Source: an uncultured Acidimicrobiia bacterium
GTDB taxonomy: Bacteria > Actinomycetota > Acidimicrobiia > IMCC26256 > PALSA-555
DNA: 64,000 nucleotides
Direction of reading: 5' to 3'
Assembly: GCA_963731815.1 (NCBI GenBank)
Contig: CAVSWW010000011.1
Span: forward strand, 475,320 to 539,319
Part shown: piece by piece, positions 51,867 through 64,000 of the stretch
Position numbering within the stretch: the first letter of the stretch is position 1
Layout of the letters: the number at the start of each line of letters is the position of its first letter
Notes under the pieces: model-generated
What the model was told of the DNA's origin: nothing
Seen by the model: the letters and a program-made list of their open reading frames with translations, nothing else
Databases searched by the model: none
Position numbers and translations under genes: made by a program

Positions 51867-52675
51867 ATGAGCTTCTCCGTGCCTTCCAACGACACCGAAG
51901 TCCGCGACGACACCGACGCGCCCGACGTCACCGAGACACCCTCGATCGAAGGGGAGCAAGCGGCTGCGGGCGGGGTATCCCCGCCCGCAGCGAGCGACCC
52001 AGTAGAGGTGAGCGCGACGCTCGACGCGTCCGCCGAGCTCGTCGACGTCACGACCGACAGCGACGAAGGCGACGGCGAGGCAGCGACGAAGAGGCGCCGG
52101 CCCCCAAGGAGCCGAGCCCGTTCGACCGGCCCGGCGACTGGTACGTCGTCCACACGTACGCGGGCTACGAGAACAAGGTGAAGTCGAACCTGCTCAACCG
52201 CATCCGCTCCATGCACGTCGAGGAGCGGATCTTCGAGGTCGTCATCCCGATGGAGGACGTCATCGAGTTCAAGGGCGGCCAGCGACGCGTCGTCCAGAAG
52301 AAGGTCTTCCCCGGCTACCTGCTCGTGCGCCAGGACCTCGACGACGACTCGTGGTACGTCGTGCGCAACACGCCGGGTGTCACCGGGTTCGTCGGGCCGA
52401 GCGGCTCGAAGCCCGTGCCGCTCTCGCGCAAAGAGGTCGAGGACATCCTCGGCGTCGAGAAGCCCGAGGGCACGCCGCAGGCCGAGAAGAAGGTGCGACC
52501 ACGCGTCGAGTTCGAAGAAGGCGAGCAGGTTCGTGTGGTCACGGGTCCCTTCGCCGACTTCAACGGCTCCATCTCCGAGATCGACGTCGACCGCTCGAAG
52601 CTCAAGGTGCTCGTCAACATCTTCGGTCGAGAGACGCCGGTCGAGCTCGAGTTCGGCCAGGTCGCCAAGCTCTGA
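51867..52675 (+). pseudogene. nusG: Transcription termination/antitermination factor NusG with acidic N-terminal extension; apparent frameshift near nt 52085
   Basis: ATG-51867 lies 1 nt after the secE stop and opens the acidic extension (ORF 51867..52181). The NGN core ..[34 protein letters not shown].. is in the frame of ORF 52178..52675. That frame has no start codon before GTG-52178, which would cut the [14 protein letters not shown] motif. KOW region: [22 protein letters not shown]. Confidence 0.85.
51960..51997. repeat. 38-bp GC-rich palindromic repeat, copy B (perfect 13-bp arms, hairpin 51963-51991) inside the nusG 5' region
   Basis: gcggctgcgggcggggtatccccgcccgcagcgagcga. GCTGCGGGCGGGG-tat-CCCCGCCCGCAGC is a perfect palindrome. 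In frame it encodes [11 protein letters not shown], the same peptide string produced by copy A. Confidence 0.85.
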
Positions 52676-52732
52676 CCGTCCGCTCCTGCTCCTGCAACCA
52701 GCTGTTCCTGCAACCAGAAAGTCACCTGTCCC

Positions 52733-53161
52733 ATGGCCAAGAAGAAGCTCGCCGCCACGGTGAAGATCCAGATCCAGGCCGGCCAGGCCACGCCTGCGCC
52801 GCCGGTCGGCACCGCGCTCGGGCCGCACGGCATCAACATCATGGACTTCTGCAAGGCGTACAACGCCGAGACGGAGAACCAGCGCGGCCTCGTGATCCCC
52901 GCCGAGATCTCGATCTACGAGGACCGGTCGTTCACGTTCATCACCAAGACCCCGCCGGCCCCGTTCCTGATCCGTCAGGCCGCGGGGCTCGAGAAGGGGT
53001 CGTCGAACCCCCGCACCGAGAAGGTCGGTCAGCTGACCAAGGCCCAGGTGCGCAAGATCGCCGAGACCAAGATGCCCGACCTCAACGCCGTCGACATCGA
53101 CGGAGCGATGCTGCAGATCGCCGGGACCGCCCGGTCGATGGGCATCGACGTGGTGGAGTGA
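52733..53161 (+). CDS. rplK: 50S ribosomal protein L11
   Basis: [35 protein letters not shown]. Intact 142 aa. Confidence 0.97.
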   Translation: MAKKKLAATVKIQIQAGQATPAPPVGTALGPHGINIMDFCKAYNAETENQRGLVIPAEISIYEDRSFTFITKTPPAPFLIRQAAGLEKGSSNPRTEKVGQLTKAQVRKIAETKMPDLNAVDIDGAMLQIAGTARSMGIDVVE

Positions 53162-53162
53162 C

Positions 53163-53885
53163 ATGACGAAGCAGGGCAAGGCTTACAAGGACGCCATCGG
53201 CCGCTACGACCGCGACCGGCTCTACTCGCCCGCCGAGGCGCTGGACCTGGTGAAGTCGTTCGCGACGAAGAAGTTCGACGAGACGACCGAGGCGACGTTC
53301 CGCCTGGGCGTCGACCCCCGCAAGGCCGACCAGATGATCCGTGGCACCGTCTCGTTGCCCCATGGCACCGGTCGGTCGGCGCGCGTCATCGTGTTCGCGC
53401 AGGGCGACCAGGCTCGAGAGGCCGAGGCGGCCGGTGCCGACATCGTGGGTGCCGACGACCTCGTCACCCGCATCGAAGGCGGCTTCCTCGACTTCGACGT
53501 CGCGATCGCCACGCCCGACCTCATGGGACAGGTCGGCAAGCTCGGTCGTTCGCTCGGACCGCGAGGTCTGATGCCGAACCCGAAGACGGGCACCGTCACG
53601 AACGACATCGGCAAGGCCGTGTCCGAGTTCAAGGCGGGCAAGGTCGAGTACCGCACCGACCGCTACGGCAACGTCGCGGTGCCGATCGGCAAGGCGAGCT
53701 TCTCGCCCGACCAGCTGGTCGACAACTACCACGCCGTCCTCGACGAGATCATGCGGGCGAAGCCGGCCGGCTCGAAGGGCAAGTACGTGAGGTCCGCGTC
53801 GGTGTCGTCGACGATGGGCCCCGGCATCCGCGTCGACCCGTCGATCACGCACGAGGACTCGCCCGAGGCAGTCGCTTCCGCGTAA
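53163..53885 (+). CDS. rplA: 50S ribosomal protein L1
   Basis: [24 protein letters not shown] and [28 protein letters not shown]. Intact 240 aa. Confidence 0.97.
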   Translation: MTKQGKAYKDAIGRYDRDRLYSPAEALDLVKSFATKKFDETTEATFRLGVDPRKADQMIRGTVSLPHGTGRSARVIVFAQGDQAREAEAAGADIVGADDLVTRIEGGFLDFDVAIATPDLMGQVGKLGRSLGPRGLMPNPKTGTVTNDIGKAVSEFKAGKVEYRTDRYGNVAVPIGKASFSPDQLVDNYHAVLDEIMRAKPAGSKGKYVRSASVSSTMGPGIRVDPSITHEDSPEAVASA

Positions 53886-54050
53886 CCTGCAAGTCCACAA
53901 CTGAATCGTCGCCACAGACCTTCGGTCTCCCGGCAGGGAGGTAATGGGCCCGACCTTCGAGGAGGGGCCCACCGGACGAGGTGACCTCCGAAACGTGACG
54001 GGGTCTCCGCGTGTGTCTGCGGTGCCCCGTTCTCTCGTTTCGGAGCCCAG
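53886..54050 (+). promoter_or_regulatory. Possible ribosomal protein L10(L12)4 autoregulatory leader upstream of rplJ
   Basis: A 165-nt untranslated gap in an otherwise tightly packed cluster. It has stem-loops AGACC-ttcg-GGTCT and GGGCCC-13 nt-GGGCCC. The assignment rests on position and structure only, without a covariance-model check. Confidence 0.3.
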
Positions 54051-54738
54051 ATGCCCAGAGCCGACAAGGTCGCAGCAGTCGAGGAGATCAAGACCAAGCT
54101 CAGCGACGCGGACGCGGCCGTCCTCACCGAGTACCGCGGGCTGACCGTGTCGGAGCTCGCCGAGCTGCGCGGCTCCCTGCGCCCGGCCGGCACCGAGTAC
54201 AAGGTCTTCAAGATCTCGCTCGCCCGCCGGGCGATCGAGGACGCCGGGATGCAGGACCTGCTCCCGATGCTGAGCGGCCCGACGGCGTTCGCGTTCGTCA
54301 AGGGCGACGCGGTCATCGCGGCCAAGGCGCTGCGTGACTTCGGCAAGGGCAACCCCGCGCTCATCATCAAGGGCGGGATGCTCGGCCCCCGGGTGCTCAC
54401 CCCGGCCGACATCTCGAGCCTTGCCGACGTCGAGCCCCGCGAGGTGCTGCTCGCGCGGCTCGCCGGTGGGTTCCAGGCGCCGATGAACAAGGCCGCCAGC
54501 CTGTTCTCGGTGTTCACGCGCAACTTCGCGTACGGCCTGAAGGCCTACGTCGACCAGCGCGTCGAGGGCGGCGAGGCGCTCGAGGAGCCCGCAGCGCCAC
54601 CAGACGGAGCCCGCGGCCGAGGCACCTGCGGCGGACGAGACCGAAGCACCGGCAGCCGAAGAGGCCGCCGAAGCGAAGGACGAGCCGGCGGCAGCCGAAG
54701 CCGCGGCCGAGACCGAAGCAACCACTGAGGAGAGCTGA
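54051..54738 (+). CDS. rplJ: 50S ribosomal protein L10; acidic C-terminal tail displaced by a +1 shift near nt 54603
   Basis: MPRADKVAAVEEIKTKLSDADAAVLTEYRGLTVSELAELR. After ..EEPAAPPD, ORF 54051..54728 turns into an Arg/Gly string. The +1 frame gives EPAAEAPAADETEAPAAEEAAEAKDEPAAAEAAAETEATTEES-TGA, ending at 54738. Confidence 0.88.
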
Positions 54739-54741
54739 GCA

Positions 54742-55134
54742 ATGGCAACCATGACCACCGACGAGCTGCTGGACGTCTTCAAGAACATGACGGTCCTCGA
54801 GCTCAACGAGTTCCTGAAGGCGTTCGAGGAAGAGTTCGACGTGACCGCGGCTGCGCCGGTCGCCGTCGCGGCCGGTCCGGCCGCGGCTGGTGGCGGCGAG
54901 GCGGCTGCCGGCGGCGAGGAGCAGGACGAGTTCGACGTCATCCTCACCGCGGCCGGTGACGCGAAGATCCAGGTCATCAAGGAGGTGCGTTCGCTCACGA
55001 GCCTCGGTCTCAAGGAGGCCAAGGACCTCGTCGACGGCGCGCCCAAGCCGGTCCTCGAGAAGGTCGCCAAGGAAGAGGCCGACAAGGCCAAGGAGCAGCT
55101 CGAGGGCGCCGGCGCGACCGTCGAGCTCAAGTAG
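54742..55134 (+). CDS. rplL: 50S ribosomal protein L7/L12
   Basis: [26 protein letters not shown] and [30 protein letters not shown]. Confidence 0.97.
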   Translation: MATMTTDELLDVFKNMTVLELNEFLKAFEEEFDVTAAAPVAVAAGPAAAGGGEAAAGGEEQDEFDVILTAAGDAKIQVIKEVRSLTSLGLKEAKDLVDGAPKPVLEKVAKEEADKAKEQLEGAGATVELK

Positions 55135-55214
55135 TCACGCAGGAGCGGGAGACGCCGAGCGGCATCGGGCCGGTCGGCTGTCTCGACAGCGCGATCGTCT
55201 TCGGCATCTGTGCC

Positions 55215-55421
55215 GTGGTCATCGCCCTCGGCTTCGTCATGGCCGGCCTCGCGGACGACGCGGGGCCGGTCGCCGGCTTCTTCCTGCTCTTGCTGAGCGC
55301 GCACGTCGCGTTCTGGCGTGATCGGTGGGCGGCGCTCGCCGGTCTCGCGACGTCGGCAGTGCCGCTCGTGGTCGCCGGCGTGCTCGCGCTCGGCGGTGCC
55401 GCCCTCCTCCTCACCGGCTGA
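55215..55421 (+). CDS. Hypothetical small hydrophobic protein
   Basis: A 68-aa ORF with 2-3 hydrophobic segments. The upstream in-frame sequence (LDSAIVFGICA) also looks helical but has no start codon. Coding status is uncertain. Confidence 0.25.
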   Translation: MVIALGFVMAGLADDAGPVAGFFLLLLSAHVAFWRDRWAALAGLATSAVPLVVAGVLALGGAALLLTG

Positions 55422-55432
55422 CGCGCGCTGCC

Positions 55433-56005
55433 TCAAGCAGGCAGCGCGTCCCGGAGGCGACGCTGCGCGGGGGTCATGCGACGTGCGTCGATCGCCAGGC
55501 TCGGATCGAGCAGCGTCTGCAGCAGCAGACCGTGGAACATCGCGAGCACGAGCCCGGCGGCGTCGCGCCCGGGCTGGTCGTCGCCCAGGCCGAGCAGCTG
55601 TGCCACCGGCGCGCGCGTCTTCGCGAACCCCTCGGCGAGCGCCGCACGGACCGCGTCGTCGTGCTGTGCCCGAGCGATCCCCGTGATGAAGGCGCGGGCG
55701 AGACCGAGGTGCCGGACTCGGGTCTCCTCGACCACCTCCCAGGCGCGCCGGAACCGCGCGGGTCCGTCGGGCAACGATGCCTGCTCGAGTGCGGCGGCGA
55801 TCTGCTCGAGCCAGCGGTCGAGCCCGAGGACTGCCGCCTCGGTCAGCAAGGCGTCCTTCGATCCGAAGTGGTAGCCGATCGAGGCGAGGTTCGCCCCGGC
55901 TTCGTCGGCGATGGCGCGGGACGTCACACGCTCGGGGGCGAGCCGTTCGAGGCAGCGCAGCGCGCCTTCGAGCAAGGCCGAGCGATTGCTGACCTGGGGG
56001 GACAT
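55433..56005 (-). CDS. TetR/AcrR-family transcriptional regulator
   Basis: ATG at 56005, in the frame of ORF 55433..56236. HTH region: RSALLEGALRCLERLAPERVTSRAIADEAGANLASIGYHFGSKDALL. Confidence 0.85.
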   Translation of the reverse strand: MSPQVSNRSALLEGALRCLERLAPERVTSRAIADEAGANLASIGYHFGSKDALLTEAAVLGLDRWLEQIAAALEQASLPDGPARFRRAWEVVEETRVRHLGLARAFITGIARAQHDDAVRAALAEGFAKTRAPVAQLLGLGDDQPGRDAAGLVLAMFHGLLLQTLLDPSLAIDARRMTPAQRRLRDALPA

Positions 56006-56008
56006 GGA

Positions 56009-56038
56009 CCTCAATCTATACGCATGTATAGATTGAGG
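56009..56038. promoter_or_regulatory. Perfect 13-4-13 inverted repeat, probable TetR operator in the divergent TetR/DoxX intergenic region
   Basis: CCTCAATCTATAC-gcat-GTATAGATTGAGG fills nearly the whole 35-nt gap between the TetR start (56005) and the DoxX-like start (56041). Confidence 0.6.
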
Positions 56039-56040
56039 AC

Positions 56041-56391
56041 GTGGATCTCGCTGCCGCACTCGTCTCCGGGTTGCTCGCGCTGCTGTGCGCGACGTCCGCC
56101 GTCCGGAAGCTGTCGCACTCGTCGGACGTGGTCGCGTCCTACGGACGTGCGGGAGTGCCGGAGCACCGCCTGAACGCGCTCGCCGCGGTCCTGTTGGCGG
56201 CCACCGGTGGACTCGTGGCGGGCATCGCCTGGTCACCGATCGGAGTCGCGGCCGCGGCGGGGCTCGTCGTCTACTTCGCCCTGGCGGTGGTCGCGCACCT
56301 GCGCGCCGACGATCGCGAGCACCTCGCCACGCCGGCGGTCATGTTCGTCCTGGCCGTCGCGTCACTCGTGCTGCAGCTCCTCGCCGCCTGA
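56041..56391 (+). CDS. DoxX-like small membrane protein
   Basis: GTG start. Four hydrophobic helices; AVRKLSHSSDVVASYGRAGVPEHRLNALAAVLLAATGGLVAGI matches the DoxX_2 pattern. Confidence 0.65.
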   Translation: MDLAAALVSGLLALLCATSAVRKLSHSSDVVASYGRAGVPEHRLNALAAVLLAATGGLVAGIAWSPIGVAAAAGLVVYFALAVVAHLRADDREHLATPAVMFVLAVASLVLQLLAA

Positions 56392-56503
56392 GCGGCGGTC
56401 AGCCGGGGACGTCGAGCAGCAGCCGGGCCGCCCCCCTTGCTCGGCCAGCCGCGCCGTCAGCCCGAGGCCCCCGAACGTCCGCGCGGGGCTACCGTCGCCC
56501 GCG

Positions 56504-57967
56504 ATGGGTTGGGGGCGAAACGCCGTGGGCGCCGCCGTGATCGCGGGGACGCTGACCGCGAACGTGGGCGTCGCGTCGTCTGCGCCGGTCGACCCCCCGC
56601 ATCCGAAGCAGTGGGACGAGCAGGTCCAGCCGTTCGTCCGCTTCGTCGAGAAGGCCCGGGGACTCGAGTTCGAGCACCCCGTGAAGACGAGGTTCCTCCC
56701 GTCCGACGAGTTCGACCGGGCGCTGGTCGAGGGCGAGGAGCCTGTCGACGAGGCGCTCGACGCCCAGCTCTCCGGCGAGCTCGTCGCGCTCGGGCTCGCG
56801 GCCGAGCGGACCGAGTCCGGTGACGGCTACGACGACGCGAGCGTCGCCGTCACCTACGGCTTCTACGACCAGGAGACGGAGGAGCTCGTCGTGCGCGGCA
56901 CCGACGTCGACGACATCGACGTGCGGACGACGCTCGTGCACGAGCTGACGCACGCGCTCCAGGACCAGCACTTCGACCTCGATGCGCTCGACGAGACGAC
57001 CCAGGACGACAGCGAGTACTACACGCTCACGTTCCTCGTCGAGGGTGACGCGACCGCCATCGAGACCGCCTACCTCGACACCCTCTCTCCTGAGGAGCAG
57101 GACGCGTACTACGAGTCAGCACCGGACGGCTCCGAGCCGGACGTCGTCGAAGGCGACGCCGACAGCGGAGCCGGCTACCCGTACGTGCTCGACCTCGTCG
57201 ACGACGCTCCGTACTTCCTCGGGGAGGCCTACGTCGCTGCGCTCGACCCGGATGGCGGCACGAAGGGGCGCGACCTCGCCTTCGCGCACCCGCCGAAGAC
57301 CGAGGAGGTACTGCTCGACCCGGTCGCGCTCGATCGTCACGAGCGTGCGATGAAGGTCCCGGATCCGGCACTTCTCCCCGGCGAGGTCCAGCAGTACGAC
57401 CCCGAGCAGTTCGGTGTCGTCACGCTGTACCTCACGCTCGCTCCACGGCTCGGAGCACGCACCGCGCTCGAAGCAGTCACGGGTTGGGGTGGTGATCGCT
57501 ACGTCGGCTTCCAGCGGGGGAGCCAGGCGTGCCTGCGCACCAACGTCACCGGCGACCGAGCGGCCGACACCGACGAGCTCGAGGCCGCCCTCGTCGCCTG
57601 GCAGGCCACGATGCCGGCCGGCGCCGTGGAGGTCGCCCGAACGGACGACGTCGTCACGTTCACCGCGTGTGAGGTCGCCGGCGTCGAGCCGCCGACGGTG
57701 GAGCAGCTCGACTCGGCCTTCTACAACGTGCTCGGCGGCCGCGTGTTCACGATCCTCGACCTGGTGACGGCGGATCTGTCCCTGCGCGCCGCCCGCTGCG
57801 TGGGCGATCACGTGAGCACCGACCCGGGGTCGATCGCCGTCTACGACGCGTCCTTCGCGGAGGATCGTGACCTCACCTCCAAGGAGGAGCGGGTCGTCGA
57901 TCGTGCCTACGACAGGGCGATCGAGGCCTGTGCCTCGGTCCTTGACCCGGGAGGGTCGTCGCCCTAG
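56504..57967 (+). CDS. Secreted protein with HExxH zinc-metalloprotease motif, unknown family
   Basis: ATG-56504 is in the frame of ORF 56207..57967. Signal-like N-terminus [28 protein letters not shown]; motif [17 protein letters not shown]. Strongly acidic. Confidence 0.55.
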   Translation: MGWGRNAVGAAVIAGTLTANVGVASSAPVDPPHPKQWDEQVQPFVRFVEKARGLEFEHPVKTRFLPSDEFDRALVEGEEPVDEALDAQLSGELVALGLAAERTESGDGYDDASVAVTYGFYDQETEELVVRGTDVDDIDVRTTLVHELTHALQDQHFDLDALDETTQDDSEYYTLTFLVEGDATAIETAYLDTLSPEEQDAYYESAPDGSEPDVVEGDADSGAGYPYVLDLVDDAPYFLGEAYVAALDPDGGTKGRDLAFAHPPKTEEVLLDPVALDRHERAMKVPDPALLPGEVQQYDPEQFGVVTLYLTLAPRLGARTALEAVTGWGGDRYVGFQRGSQACLRTNVTGDRAADTDELEAALVAWQATMPAGAVEVARTDDVVTFTACEVAGVEPPTVEQLDSAFYNVLGGRVFTILDLVTADLSLRAARCVGDHVSTDPGSIAVYDASFAEDRDLTSKEERVVDRAYDRAIEACASVLDPGGSSP

Positions 57968-57975
57968 GGTTCGCA

Positions 57976-58019
57976 CCGCCTGTAACGGACCAGGCGGAAC
58001 AGGCCCCCGAGGGGGTCTG
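57976..58019 (+). terminator. Two adjacent GC-rich hairpins after the HExxH gene (possible terminator without a U-tract)
   Basis: CCGCCTG-taacggac-CAGGCGG (57976-57997) and CAGGCCCC-cgag-GGGGTCTG (58000-58019). Confidence 0.3.
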
Positions 58020-58034
58020 GTCGTCGACGCGTGT

Positions 58035-58063
58035 TTGCAGCGAGGCTCTGGCGCGTATAGCAT
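58035..58063 (+). promoter_or_regulatory. Candidate rpoBC promoter
   Basis: TTGCAG (58035-58040), 17 nt, TAGCAT (58058-58063), about 90 nt upstream of the rpoB GTG in a locally AT-richer stretch. Confidence 0.25.
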
Positions 58064-58149
58064 CCCTAGAGCCGTGCTTTTCCGCTCTTGCGCCAACTGA
58101 TCACTCTGACCCCGGTCCACGCGCGCTCTTTTTCCGTGAGGAGTCGCTA

Positions 58150-61653
<3,504 letters not shown>

Positions 61654-61701
61654 GCGCGGACGTCCTGACCACACGACGACGCGGGAACGAGGGGTAGCTG
61701 C

Positions 61702-64000
<2,299 letters not shown>

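Overview
This is a very GC-rich, actinobacterial-type chromosomal window that is almost fully coding on the + strand.

**Main content, in order**
- A 5'-partial FUSC-like membrane protein and a frameshifted DUF222/HNH endonuclease gene.
- A canonical 14-gene NADH:quinone oxidoreductase operon, nuoA-N (3.0-18.8 kb).
- An alpha/beta-hydrolase + class III cyclase (LipJ-like), then pgi, then a patatin-like lipase on the - strand.
- A second, 11-gene complex-I-like operon, nuoABCDHIJKLMN, with no nuoEFG (22.9-33.2 kb). A MidA/NDUFAF7-family (DUF185) methyltransferase follows directly.
- HdeD-like protein, acs, a HAD-like protein, a broken EamA transporter, yajQ (-) and tRNA-Tyr.
- A lipoprotein plus a divergent FtsH-like AAA/M41 protein, two broken GNAT genes (-) and a broken secreted SpaA-like protein.
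- A tufB-type translation/transcription cluster: tRNA-Thr, tRNA-Met, tuf, rpmG, [5.2-kb insert], tRNA-Trp, secE, nusG, rplK, rplA, rplJ, rplL, [3-kb insert], rpoB, rpoC (3' partial).
  - The 5.2-kb insert carries a cyclase-STAND-TPR regulator, an LLM oxidoreductase and an ECF sigma/anti-sigma pair.
  - The 3-kb insert carries TetR, DoxX and a secreted HExxH protein.

**Most notable observations**
1. The EFG-less second nuo operon and its adjacent NDUFAF7-like methyltransferase.
2. About 25 apparent single-base frameshifts, mostly +1. They hit accessory genes and also essential genes (nusG, rplJ, nuoN, nuoD2, nuoM2, nuoN2). This more likely reflects indel errors in the assembly than biology, and it creates several false giant fusion ORFs in the ORF track.
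3. A 38-bp GC-rich palindromic repeat present twice, one copy inside the nusG 5' region.
4. nuoG apparently split at a 15-bp tandem duplication.
5. A divergent FtsH paralogue coupled to a lipoprotein gene.

I saw no CRISPR array, transposase or rRNA.

**Limits**
Internal start sites, tRNA ends and frameshift positions were derived by hand from the printed sequence and ORF-track frame arithmetic. They may be off by a few nt.
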